This document shows, piece after piece, positions 9,953-19,392 of a stretch of DNA of 64,000 nucleotides. This DNA is from a virus (lineage: Duplodnaviria > Caudoviricetes): IMG/VR virus record IMGVR_UViG_3300035698_029580; one strand, 5' to 3'. Numbering within the stretch: position 1 is the first letter of the stretch; every line of letters starts with the position of its first letter. The notes below the pieces were generated by a model, which searched no databases, was not told the origin of the DNA, and worked only from the letters and a program-made list of their open reading frames with translations. Both the position numbers and the translations under genes were made by a program.

Positions 9953-10739
9953 ACCTGTTTATTTAGATTTAAACTTGAGAAGTATTTTGGCATCTAATTT
10001 GCCAAATAATACAGATATAATTATAACAGATGACTGTTCCACAGATGAAATTTCACAAAGATATTTAAATACAAATGATATTATTCAATTAAATGAACCA
10101 TATAAATTCCCTAATGATGACTTATGGAACCGTGTTGTTGGAGAAATAGAACCAATTAAAAATTTAAAAGGTATTAAAAATAAATTTTCTGTATTGTTTC
10201 CAAAATCACATTTAGGATCAAGAGGCGGTCTTTTTTGGCTTTTAAAAAATCTTTTTGAAACATATGACTCGGAATATGTTCATATTTTTGAAGGGGATTC
10301 TCTTGTTAACAAGGAATGGTTTGCAAAAGCACATTACGTTTATGAATCAATAAAAGATTTAGAAGGTCCTAATGGAGATAAACTTGGACTTATTTCTATG
10401 TATGATAGGAAAGGAGGATTTGCAGAAAAGACTTATTGCTGGAGAAGTGTTTCTCTTAGAAAAAGTGGTAATTGGAATTGTGGTAATGCTATTGGATCGG
10501 TTCATCTTTTGGTTACTAGAAAATTATATAATGCCATGACTAAAGAAGTTAATATGGTAATACATCCAAGTAAAAGGTCTGCTGATGGAGCTATTTTAGG
10601 AGATTGTGGTAAATACAACTTTAATATAGCAACAACTTGCCCGTCTTGTTGTCAACATATAGGTTATGAAAGTATAGCTTGGAAAGGACAAAAGGGTTGG
10701 AGGTTTTGTAAAAATTTTCTTAAACCTTATAGTTTATGA
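9921..10739 (+). CDS. GT2-like glycosyltransferase
   Basis: YNRP, IIITDDCSTD, FEGD, QHIG. Confidence 0.75.
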   Translation: MIPIALRNYNRPVYLDLNLRSILASNLPNNTDIIITDDCSTDEISQRYLNTNDIIQLNEPYKFPNDDLWNRVVGEIEPIKNLKGIKNKFSVLFPKSHLGSRGGLFWLLKNLFETYDSEYVHIFEGDSLVNKEWFAKAHYVYESIKDLEGPNGDKLGLISMYDRKGGFAEKTYCWRSVSLRKSGNWNCGNAIGSVHLLVTRKLYNAMTKEVNMVIHPSKRSADGAILGDCGKYNFNIATTCPSCCQHIGYESIAWKGQKGWRFCKNFLKPYSL

Positions 10740-11485
10740 ATAATGAAACAGATTATTTATCAGACAGTCGTAAAATAAGAAAAAAATATTCACATTTTCT
10801 TAAAGGTAAAAAGGTAGTTATTATATGTAATTCTCCTCATGTAGTTGGTACAAATGAAGGAAAGAAAATAGAACAATATGATGTGGTAGTAAGATTAAAT
10901 GGTGGTTATATTATAGTTACAGATAAATATAGAAAAGATGTCGGGAGAAGAACGGATATTTTATACTCTGGGTTACATTCTTCAACTGATCTTTATAGCC
11001 AAGATAGTTTAGAATATTTAATAAAAAAAGGCAAATGTAAATGGATGTCAGTTACTGCTCCTTTAGTAACGAGAATAAAAAAATGGCAAAGAAATAACAA
11101 AGAAAGATTACCTTTACATATTATAAACTTAGACACCAGATTATTATTAAATAAAAAAATGAAATTGGGGAAAAAGAGTCCTACTTCAGGAATTACATCT
11201 TTATATGATTTACTTACTTTTGATATTAAAAAACTCTATGTTAAGGGCTTTACATTCTACCGAGATATTCCTAAACATATATATTCTGGGTATATAAAAG
11301 GAAAGCATTATGTAGATTGTTTAGTTGACAGTAATGCTTATTCCTTTCCTAGAAGTCATTCTCCCGTAAGAGAGTTTCATTTTTTTAGAAAGATTTGCGA
11401 AAAAGATAAAAGAGTTGTTTGCGATGATGTTTTAGGGCAATTATTACTATATTACAAAGACGAAAAGTGTGATGTTGAAATTTGA
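10736..11485 (+). CDS. GT29 sialyltransferase-like protein
   Basis: Sialylmotif-L-like (VIICNSP..GKKIEQYDVVVRLN..DVGRRT), S-like (PTSG..LYVKGFTFY), VS-like (HSPVRE). Confidence 0.7.
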   Translation: MNNETDYLSDSRKIRKKYSHFLKGKKVVIICNSPHVVGTNEGKKIEQYDVVVRLNGGYIIVTDKYRKDVGRRTDILYSGLHSSTDLYSQDSLEYLIKKGKCKWMSVTAPLVTRIKKWQRNNKERLPLHIINLDTRLLLNKKMKLGKKSPTSGITSLYDLLTFDIKKLYVKGFTFYRDIPKHIYSGYIKGKHYVDCLVDSNAYSFPRSHSPVREFHFFRKICEKDKRVVCDDVLGQLLLYYKDEKCDVEI

Positions 11486-12083
11486 TATAGATGTAAGAAA
11501 AATAAGACATAGAACACATATTATCAACTATTTTATAAATAAATACTTATATCAATCATATTTAGAAATTGGAGTATCTAATCCTAAAGCAAACTTTAAT
11601 CAAATAAATTGCAAACTTAAAGAAGGGATAGATCCAAAAGGTAAATGTATATTTCCAATGACATCTGATGATTTTTTTGCCTTGTTACCTAAAGAAAAAA
11701 AATATGATATAATTTTCATAGATGGATTGCATTTAGAAGAACAAGTGTTGAAAGATGTTTATAATTCTTTGTGCCATTTAAATGAGATGGGAACAATTTT
11801 ACTTCATGACTGCAATCCTAATTCTAAAGAACTTCAAGAAGAAATACCTGTTATAAAATCATGGTGTGGCACAGTATGGAAAGCTTTTGCTAAATTAAGA
11901 ATGACAAGAAAAGATTTGCATATGTTTGTGATTGATACTGATTATGGAATAGGTATTATAAGAAGAGGAAAACAAAAGTTGATTAAAAAAATGTCTGATG
12001 ATGATTTAAATTATAGATTTTTAAATATAAATAGAAGACATGTTTTGAATTTAATATCTGTACAAGAATTTTTAAAAGGATGA
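11469..12083 (+). CDS. Methyltransf_24-like methyltransferase
   Basis: YLEIGV, YDIIFIDGLH, ILLHD. Confidence 0.85.
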   Translation: MMLKFDIDVRKIRHRTHIINYFINKYLYQSYLEIGVSNPKANFNQINCKLKEGIDPKGKCIFPMTSDDFFALLPKEKKYDIIFIDGLHLEEQVLKDVYNSLCHLNEMGTILLHDCNPNSKELQEEIPVIKSWCGTVWKAFAKLRMTRKDLHMFVIDTDYGIGIIRRGKQKLIKKMSDDDLNYRFLNINRRHVLNLISVQEFLKG

Positions 12084-12094
12084 TATAAAACAAA

Positions 12095-13081
12095 ATGAAA
12101 AATAATTATGCCATTTTTGTTTCTTCTAATAACCAATATCTATCATTTCTAAATACTTTATTAAATAGCTTAGATATTAATAATATTGATGTAGATGTTT
12201 TTCTGATCCATAATGATATTAATCAAGATTATCTTTCTTCTCTTGCAAAATTTAATTTTCCAATTAATATAATTCCTATAGAAAGATCTGATTTTAATAT
12301 TGATCCATCTAATGAACATAATAATAACCTTTATCTGAAACAAACTAGGTTCAAATATATACGAGAGTATGGAACATTATATAAAGCCATTTGCATGTTG
12401 GACGCAGATATGTTTGTTACAACTCCTAATTTTATGAATTTGTTTCATTTGGTTGAAAATACAAATCTAATGATCGGATGTAATGAAAGATTTAAATGGA
12501 CCTTTGATGAGAGATTTACTTTTGAAGAAAAATCTTTATTTACCAATTCTATAAAAGCTTATAAATTTCATTGTTCTGTGCCTATTATATTTGATTTAAA
12601 TAAGTGGTTAGATGTTTTTGATTTTTATAATAAAATTGCATTTAACACATTTGAGAAAAAAAGAGATGGAGAAATAAAATCAGCAGGAGATATCTATTGT
12701 TGGAATATGTCTGTATATAAAAATAATAGACAAGATGATATAATTTTATTTCCTATGGAAACTATGACACAAGTTCATTATACTAATCTTTTTCCTTGGA
12801 GTAATATTAAGAAGATTAATGATAAATGGTGGACTGCTAATGGAGATGAAGTATTTACTATTCATGGACGAGTGGGAAGAAAAGCATGGTATGATGGACA
12901 TTTAAATAATTTAGAAAAAAATAAAGAAAAATATTCTGAAAAATATTTTAATCAAATAAAAAATATTGCAATTAATACTATGAGATCAATTCAAAGAGAA
13001 TGGTATTATTTAAATTTTTCTCATAAATTAAATCTTTATAATTTCTTGCCCGTTGATGATTATTGGGAAACACTTAAATAA
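12095..13081 (+). CDS. GT8-like glycosyltransferase
   Basis: LNTLLNSL, CMLDADMF (DxD). Confidence 0.65.
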   Translation: MKNNYAIFVSSNNQYLSFLNTLLNSLDINNIDVDVFLIHNDINQDYLSSLAKFNFPINIIPIERSDFNIDPSNEHNNNLYLKQTRFKYIREYGTLYKAICMLDADMFVTTPNFMNLFHLVENTNLMIGCNERFKWTFDERFTFEEKSLFTNSIKAYKFHCSVPIIFDLNKWLDVFDFYNKIAFNTFEKKRDGEIKSAGDIYCWNMSVYKNNRQDDIILFPMETMTQVHYTNLFPWSNIKKINDKWWTANGDEVFTIHGRVGRKAWYDGHLNNLEKNKEKYSEKYFNQIKNIAINTMRSIQREWYYLNFSHKLNLYNFLPVDDYWETLK

Positions 13082-13090
13082 GTTCTGAAA

Positions 13091-13123
13091 TTTTCCAGCA
13101 TTATATATTTCCCCATATATAGT
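13091..13123 (+). promoter_or_regulatory. TTTTCCAGCATTATA motif plus -10-like box upstream of pncA operon
   Basis: Second exact copy of the 15-mer. Confidence 0.6.
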
Positions 13124-13252
13124 TAGTTGGAAAGGCTTAAATATGGTTTTTTATTGTAAAAAACGGGTTTTTCTGATTTTTAGAAGGAATATTTCCTTGT
13201 TGTTTGGGAAAAATTCGGTATAATGTGATTATTTCACAGAAGGAGTAAAACA

Positions 13253-14059
13253 ATGAGTCAGAGAGTAGAACTACTGGTAATCGACCCTCAGACGGATTTT
13301 TGTGATCCAGACAAGGGGTCTTTGTATGTCAAGGGAGCAGAAGAAGACATGCAGAGATTAGCAAAATTGGTTGATTTAAGAGGTAATAAATTTAAGGAAA
13401 TACATGTTACCTTGGATTGTCATAATTCTGTAGATGTAGCTCATCCTTGTTTTTGGGTTGATAGTAAGGGTTCTAATCCCGCTCCATTTACAATTATTTC
13501 AGCTAATGATGTAAAAGATGGAAAATGGATACCTGTCTTTCCCCAGTATAGGGAGAGAATGGTACAGTATGTAGAAGGACTGGAAAATAGTGGTAGGTAT
13601 CCTCTATGTGTTTGGCCGCCGCACTGTCTGATTGGTAGTGTTGGTAATGCAGTATATCCTCCTTTGTATGAATCTCTTTTGAAGTGGGAGAGTCTTAGAC
13701 CGTGGAATGTAAGATATGTCAGTAAGGGTTCTAATCCTTTTACTGAACATTATTCTGCTGTTAAAGCTGAGGTACCTGATACTGCTGATGCTTCTACTCA
13801 ACTTAATGTTGATTTTATTAATACTTTGATGAAAGCTGATGTAGTAGCAATTGCTGGAGAAGCCGGGAGTCATTGTTTGGCGAATACGGTTCGTGATATC
13901 GCCTCGGGATTCGGAGATGATAGTGCTATTAGCAAATTAGTTCTTCTTGAAGATGCCACATCTCCTGTTTCTGGTTTTGAGCAATTTCAGATTGATTTTA
14001 TTAAAGAAATGAAGGCCAAAGGTATGAAAACTTCAACTACTGTAGATTTTTTGGCATAA
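13253..14059 (+). CDS. pncA: nicotinamidase (isochorismatase family)
   Basis: IDPQTDFC, DCH, WPPHC, KG..EHYS, GEAGSHC. Confidence 0.85.
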   Translation: MSQRVELLVIDPQTDFCDPDKGSLYVKGAEEDMQRLAKLVDLRGNKFKEIHVTLDCHNSVDVAHPCFWVDSKGSNPAPFTIISANDVKDGKWIPVFPQYRERMVQYVEGLENSGRYPLCVWPPHCLIGSVGNAVYPPLYESLLKWESLRPWNVRYVSKGSNPFTEHYSAVKAEVPDTADASTQLNVDFINTLMKADVVAIAGEAGSHCLANTVRDIASGFGDDSAISKLVLLEDATSPVSGFEQFQIDFIKEMKAKGMKTSTTVDFLA

Positions 14060-14078
14060 GCTGAAGAAAGGATAAAAA

Positions 14079-14831
14079 ATGAACTCTAAAAATTTGCAAA
14101 GTAATAATTTGGAATCTCATTCTCTTTCTACTGGTAGTTTTGGCTATTCAGCAGCAGGATTAGAAGATTTGGGAGCCACAGAATATACCTTGGTTACTAT
14201 TGTGGTAGACACAAGTGGTTCTGTTGCATTTTTCAAAAAAGATATGGAAAAGGCTATTATGGAAGTAGTTAGTTCATGTAAATACTCCAAACGTTCAGAT
14301 AACTTAATGATTCGTTTTGTTACGTTTCATAATGATATGACGGAGGAACATGGATTTAAATTACTTTCAGATTGTGATGCTTCTAATTATGATGATTGTC
14401 TTATGGTAGGAGGATCAACAGCATTGTTTGATGCTTCTCAAAATAGCATTGAAGCCACAAGAGATTATGGTAAAAAACTTGTTGATAATGATTTTGATGT
14501 GAATGGTATTATTTTCATCATCACAGATGGAGATGATAATTCTTCTACTATGACTGCTGATGGAGTAAAGAAAAGTTTAGCAGAAGTTTTAAGAACTGAA
14601 GCTCTTGAATCTTTGATGACAATTTTAATTGGTGTCGGAGTTGGAGGATACCCTGGAATTCAAAAGTATTTGAATGATTTTCAAAAAGATGCTGGTTTAA
14701 CTCAATATGTCAACATCAAAGATGCTGATGAAAAATCATTAGCTAAATTAGCTCAATTTATTTCTAAATCAATTTCGTCTCAATCTAATGCTTTGGGTAG
14801 TGGCGGAGAGAGTCAACCTTTGACATTTTAA
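14079..14831 (+). CDS. vWA domain protein (TerY/YegL-like)
   Basis: MIDAS DTSGS, GGSTALFDA, ITDGDDN. Confidence 0.85.
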   Translation: MNSKNLQSNNLESHSLSTGSFGYSAAGLEDLGATEYTLVTIVVDTSGSVAFFKKDMEKAIMEVVSSCKYSKRSDNLMIRFVTFHNDMTEEHGFKLLSDCDASNYDDCLMVGGSTALFDASQNSIEATRDYGKKLVDNDFDVNGIIFIITDGDDNSSTMTADGVKKSLAEVLRTEALESLMTILIGVGVGGYPGIQKYLNDFQKDAGLTQYVNIKDADEKSLAKLAQFISKSISSQSNALGSGGESQPLTF

Positions 14832-14837
14832 AAGAGA

Positions 14838-14996
14838 AGTCTTGTGGCGGAAGGGTAGACGCAGGGTGATTAGCCAGTCACCTGTTACAGTGAAGCGTTG
14901 TAGCATCGACATGCATGGCAGATATAGTTTGGCTGATTTTTATCTGTTCTGGTGCTATTCGGTAGTAGCGTGCAGGTTCGAGTCCTGCCAAGGCTT
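14838..14996 (+). ncRNA. tRNA-Leu-like RNA with enlarged anticodon loop and ~85-nt variable arm
   Basis: Acceptor AGTCTTG/CAAGGCT, D-arm TGGCGGAAGGGTAGACGC, stem GGGTG/CACCT around ATTAGCCAGT, T-arm GCAGG-TTCGAGT-CCTGC; no encoded CCA. Confidence 0.7.
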
Positions 14997-15045
14997 ATTA
15001 AATAATGTAAACTATTAATATTATATTTTGTAGAAAGGTAATAAC

Positions 15046-15957
15046 ATGTTATTTTCTACTGACTGTGCATTTAGAATTGGTTCTACTCATAAAATTTGTC
15101 AAGATTATGGTATATCTGGTACGGTTTGTGATACAGCATATGCCATAATTGCTGATGGTTGTTCTGGTTCAGATCTTTCTGAATTTGGTTCTAAATTATT
15201 GTGCAAAGCAATAGAAAATGAAATTGTAGAAGATGAGTTTCAAAATTTTACTTCTAATAACAGTGGTTATAGAATAAATTCTGAGATTAGTCTTAGCAAG
15301 GTTTTTACTACTCTTTTTGATATAGGTAATAAATTAAAAATGCCTGACTATTGGCTAGATGCAACTTTAGCCTATGCAGTTGCAAAAAAAGGTGTGGCAC
15401 AAATATATCTTTATGGAGATGGGGTTATAGTTAGGGAATGGCCTGATGGAACATTTACTGTAACTAGTGTTGAGTTTCCTTCAGGCTACCCATTTTTTCT
15501 TAATTATATAACAACATCTAATAGAAAGAGATTTGAAAAGTGGAAATCTATTCCTAATCACAAAAAAGTGGTACTTACTTATCATTTAGATAAAAAGGGA
15601 AATTTAGAAGATACAGAAGAAAAATATTATGATTTATCTTCATGTGATAACGAAAAAGATTTACCATTTGAAATGTCAATATTAGATTTTGAGAACTCAA
15701 AATTGGCATTATTTACAGATGGGATAAAAAGTTTTTTTAGAATAGCACAAACAGATACATCAAAAGTAAATGTACCAGTTTCAATGCTTGATATTATTCC
15801 TTCTTTAATGAAAATTAAAAGTTTTCAAGGACAATTCGTTAATAGGCGTTTAAACAAATTTTTACAAAAAGAAGATGTTTTACATTTTGATGATGTTACA
15901 ATGGCTGTAATTAAGATGGAAGAAAATCTATTACATTTTAATGATGTTGTAGATTAA
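15046..15957 (+). CDS. PP2C-like protein phosphatase (YegK-like)
   Basis: GSTHKICQDY, IIADGCSGS, LFTDGI, DDVT. Confidence 0.85.
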   Translation: MLFSTDCAFRIGSTHKICQDYGISGTVCDTAYAIIADGCSGSDLSEFGSKLLCKAIENEIVEDEFQNFTSNNSGYRINSEISLSKVFTTLFDIGNKLKMPDYWLDATLAYAVAKKGVAQIYLYGDGVIVREWPDGTFTVTSVEFPSGYPFFLNYITTSNRKRFEKWKSIPNHKKVVLTYHLDKKGNLEDTEEKYYDLSSCDNEKDLPFEMSILDFENSKLALFTDGIKSFFRIAQTDTSKVNVPVSMLDIIPSLMKIKSFQGQFVNRRLNKFLQKEDVLHFDDVTMAVIKMEENLLHFNDVVD

Positions 15958-15989
15958 TGATGTTATGATGATTTTAATAAAGATGGAAG

Positions 15990-17696
15990 ATGCAGATGAA
16001 ATTAATTGTTCAGGGAAAAGGAATAGTTGATCTAGATAAAAGATATTTTCTAGATTCAGGGGGAGAAGGAAATATTTACGCTCGTAAAGGAGTCGTTTAT
16101 AAGATTTATCATGAGCCTTCTAGATGTATACAATTTGCTAAGATGCAAGAACTTTCATTGATTACTGATCCTAATGTAATCATTCCAAATAATATGCTTC
16201 TTAATAGTCGTAATAAACCCATAGGTTATACAATGAAGCATGTTAAAAATACTTTTGCTCTTTGTCAACTTTTTACAAAATCGTTTCGTGATCGTAATCA
16301 GGTTACAAACGAACAAATTGCAAAAATTGTTTTACAAATGAGACAAATGGTACATCATATTCATTCAAATAAAATACTAATTGTTGATTTGAATGAAATG
16401 AATTGTTTGGTAAGCGATGATTTTAGAACTGCTTATTTCATTGATACAGATAGCTATCAAACTCCTTCTTTTCCTGCTACTGCTATTATGGAAACAATAA
16501 GAGATAGACATTCTGATAATTTTAGTGAAGAAACAGATTGGTTTGCCTTTGGTATTGTTAGTTTTCAATTGTGGATAGGTATCCACCCATATAAAGGAAA
16601 ACATGCTACCATCAAAACTTTAGATGATAGAATGAAAGCTAATATACCTGTTTTTCATAAAGATGTTAGTTTCCCCAAGGTTTGTCAACCATTTGATATC
16701 ATACCTCAGACATTTAAAGATTGGTATAAAGCAATTTTCTATGATGGCAAAAGATTGCCTCCCCCCAAGAATATGCAGGATATTATTGTTATTACTCCTG
16801 TTAGACAGGAAATTTCTGGAACAGATAATTTTGATATAATTGAAATATTGAAATTTGATAATGATGAATATGTAGTTGATTTTTTATCAGCAAATGGAGT
16901 AAGGTCTGTTCTCACTAATAAAGCAATCTATAAGGATTATAAATGGGTTAAAAATCAGAGAGACAAGCAATCTAAAATTTGTGTTACACCACAATATAAT
17001 AGATTAATAAAAGCATCTGTGGTAAATTATCAATTACATTTATATGATGAGACATTGCAAAAACCAATTGATTTTTTAGCACAAGTTGAAAAAATAATGA
17101 CATACCAAGGAAGATTATTTGCTAAATATGAAGACAAAATTTTGGAAATAGAGTTTATAGAATTACCTAATAAAACTCTTGCTGGAGCAAAAATTATTAC
17201 TTCAGTTATGGCTCAAGCCACAAAGTTCTATGAAGGTGTGGCTATTCAGAATATACTGGGTAGTTATGTTGCTGGTATTTTTGATAAGCCATTTAATTGT
17301 TATCAGATAAATTTGGACCAATTAAATGGATATAAAATTATTAATGCCAAATACAGTGATAATATTTTAATGGTAGTTGGACAGGTTCTTTTGGGAAAAA
17401 GGTCTGGAAAATATGATAAATTTATTTATTGTTTTTCTTCTAATTTTCAAGGTTGCACTACAAGGATTATAGAAGACGTTTCGTATTTGGGAGTTAATTT
17501 TGTAGTTTTAGAAAATGGAGTTGTTGTTCATATAAGTGATGATGAGCAAATAGAAATTTTTAGCAATAAAAAAGGGCATTCTTCTTTGAAAGTGATTAAC
17601 GATCCGGTAATAGGGGAAGATATGAAACTCTATAGAGATGAAGTAAAAGTTATTTTTGTTAAAGATAATAAGTTGTTTAGAATAAAAGTGAAGTAA
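15990..17696 (+). CDS. Ser/Thr kinase (YegI-like) with C-terminal beta-rich domain
   Basis: GGEGNIY, VYKIY, DLNEMN, IDTDSY, TDWFAF, GIHPYKG. Confidence 0.85.
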   Translation: MQMKLIVQGKGIVDLDKRYFLDSGGEGNIYARKGVVYKIYHEPSRCIQFAKMQELSLITDPNVIIPNNMLLNSRNKPIGYTMKHVKNTFALCQLFTKSFRDRNQVTNEQIAKIVLQMRQMVHHIHSNKILIVDLNEMNCLVSDDFRTAYFIDTDSYQTPSFPATAIMETIRDRHSDNFSEETDWFAFGIVSFQLWIGIHPYKGKHATIKTLDDRMKANIPVFHKDVSFPKVCQPFDIIPQTFKDWYKAIFYDGKRLPPPKNMQDIIVITPVRQEISGTDNFDIIEILKFDNDEYVVDFLSANGVRSVLTNKAIYKDYKWVKNQRDKQSKICVTPQYNRLIKASVVNYQLHLYDETLQKPIDFLAQVEKIMTYQGRLFAKYEDKILEIEFIELPNKTLAGAKIITSVMAQATKFYEGVAIQNILGSYVAGIFDKPFNCYQINLDQLNGYKIINAKYSDNILMVVGQVLLGKRSGKYDKFIYCFSSNFQGCTTRIIEDVSYLGVNFVVLENGVVVHISDDEQIEIFSNKKGHSSLKVINDPVIGEDMKLYRDEVKVIFVKDNKLFRIKVK

Positions 17697-17706
17697 GGAG
17701 AATATT

Positions 17707-17970
17707 ATGGAAAATCATGTACAATTAAACAAGGATAGATATAAAATGACACCCGAACAGCGTGATTATTTGGAGCGGGCGGCGAAGATGGGGACGTTTA
17801 TGCTAGACCAACCAGGGAGTATATGGATTGGAGCAGCACTACGCGACGAGCTTGGTTACATCAAGGATCAAACGATAGTTGAATGGTCTCCGGGGGGGCA
17901 CCAGTACCGCCTTACCCCTGCAGGTCGTATAGCATTGGAAAACGAGACAGAAAGTGAAAAGGACAATTAA
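17707..17970 (+). CDS. hypothetical protein, GC-richer than surroundings
   Basis: SD AAGGAG; C-terminal YRLTPAGR (winged-helix-like). Confidence 0.65.
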   Translation: MENHVQLNKDRYKMTPEQRDYLERAAKMGTFMLDQPGSIWIGAALRDELGYIKDQTIVEWSPGGHQYRLTPAGRIALENETESEKDN

Positions 17971-17971
17971 A

Positions 17972-19021
17972 ATGAAAATATTAGAAAATTCAACTATTAA
18001 AAGAGTAAAAAGTGAAAAGTATAATTATATTTTTTCTAAAAAAACTGGTTCTTTTTTAAGATGGGGAAAAACTTTAGAAGATGATCCTGAGATGTCTCCT
18101 GCAGGTCCAGAACTCGCGGATATTGAAATAACTACAATATGTCATGGAGTAAAAGGTAAACTTTGTGATTGTTGTTATAAAGCAAATAATCCAAATGGCA
18201 AGAATATGAGTTTTGAAACATTTAAAAAATTATTTCATTCTTTGCCCAAAAATCTTACTCAAATTGCGTTCGGATCTGGATCCTCAGCTATGGAAAATCC
18301 TGATTTATTTAAAATGATGGCTTATTGTCGGGAAAATGATTATAATTATGTTGTTCCTAATATAACTGTTTCTGATATTACTGAAGAAACTGCCAAAAAA
18401 CTAGCAAAGATTTGTGGTGCAGTTGCCGTCAGTAAATATGATGATAAAAATGTTTGTTATGATATAGTTAAGATGTTGACTGACAATGGGTTATCACAAA
18501 CAAATATTCATATTTGTATTTGTGAAGAAAATTATGAACAGACTTTAGAGGCATGTAAGGATTATTTAACTGATCCTCGATTAAAAAAACTTAAATCCTT
18601 TGTATTTCTCTCTCTCAAGCAAAAAGGAAGAGGAATAAAACTTACACCTTTAAGTATGGAAAAATTTAAGGAATTGGTGAATTTTTGTATTGACAATAAT
18701 GTTCCAATAGGTTTTGATTCATGTTCAGCTATGAAGTTTCTTTCTTCAGTGAAAAATCATGAAAAATTTGATCAATTTGAAATGTGTAGCGAGCCGTGTG
18801 AATCTTCGATTTTTTCGGCGTATTTTAACGTCGATGCCGAATTTTTTCCTTGTAGTTTTACTGAAGGCACTTCTGGGTGGGAAGAAGGTTTGCCTGTTAA
18901 TGGTGATTTTATAAATGATATTTGGCAGCATCCCAAAACAATAGAATTTAGAAATAAATTATTAAAAACAATTGATAATAATTCGTTTGGATGTAGAGAG
19001 TGTCCTATTTTTAAAATTTGA
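17972..19021 (+). CDS. radical SAM enzyme with SPASM/Twitch-like C-terminus
   Basis: DIEITTIC-x7-CDCCY (extended CxxxCxxC), NMSFETF, C-terminal CES..FFPCSF..IW..FR..CRECP; start moved to ATG 17972 behind AAGGA. Confidence 0.85.
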   Translation: MKILENSTIKRVKSEKYNYIFSKKTGSFLRWGKTLEDDPEMSPAGPELADIEITTICHGVKGKLCDCCYKANNPNGKNMSFETFKKLFHSLPKNLTQIAFGSGSSAMENPDLFKMMAYCRENDYNYVVPNITVSDITEETAKKLAKICGAVAVSKYDDKNVCYDIVKMLTDNGLSQTNIHICICEENYEQTLEACKDYLTDPRLKKLKSFVFLSLKQKGRGIKLTPLSMEKFKELVNFCIDNNVPIGFDSCSAMKFLSSVKNHEKFDQFEMCSEPCESSIFSAYFNVDAEFFPCSFTEGTSGWEEGLPVNGDFINDIWQHPKTIEFRNKLLKTIDNNSFGCRECPIFKI

Positions 19022-19031
19022 GGTAATAATT

Positions 19032-19136
19032 ATGAAAATTAGAAATGGTTTTGTATCTAATAGTAGTTCTACTGCATTTGTTATAGAGAATCGAACAAAT
19101 GACACAAAATATCTACTAAATTTTGTGAGGCATTGA
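19032..19136 (+). pseudogene. 34-aa SNSSS-tag ORF (copy 1), internally deleted paralog of 19393-19740
   Basis: MKIRNGFVSNSSSTAFVIENRTNDTKYLLNFVRH-stop; shifted frame reads FCEALR-stop, like FCEYLR-stop of the paralog. Confidence 0.75.
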
Positions 19137-19146
19137 GGTAAATTAA

Positions 19147-19380
19147 ATGTGTGAAACATGGTATAAAAGTTATTGCTCTAAATGTAATACTATTAATTGG
19201 ATTTGCAATGGAGACACATCAGATTTATCAGGTGTAGACATTGATGGATATAAATGCTGGAAATGTGGAAATATAAAATATTTTGGAGATGAAGAACAAT
19301 ATGAAATTGAGAGAAATATTAATGAGTGGACAAATAAAGAAGATATTTATTGGGAGTTAGGATTAGAATTTCCAAAGTAA
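19147..19380 (+). CDS. Zn-ribbon protein, paralog of 6113-6352
   Basis: WYKSYCSKCNTINW...CWKC. Confidence 0.65.
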   Translation: MCETWYKSYCSKCNTINWICNGDTSDLSGVDIDGYKCWKCGNIKYFGDEEQYEIERNINEWTNKEDIYWELGLEFPK

Positions 19381-19392
19381 AAAGGAATAATC

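Noticed and set aside
14838-14996. tmRNA or ordinary tRNA-Leu
   Set aside because: No G3-U70 pair or tag ORF and too short for tmRNA; loop and variable arm sizes are incompatible with a standard tRNA.
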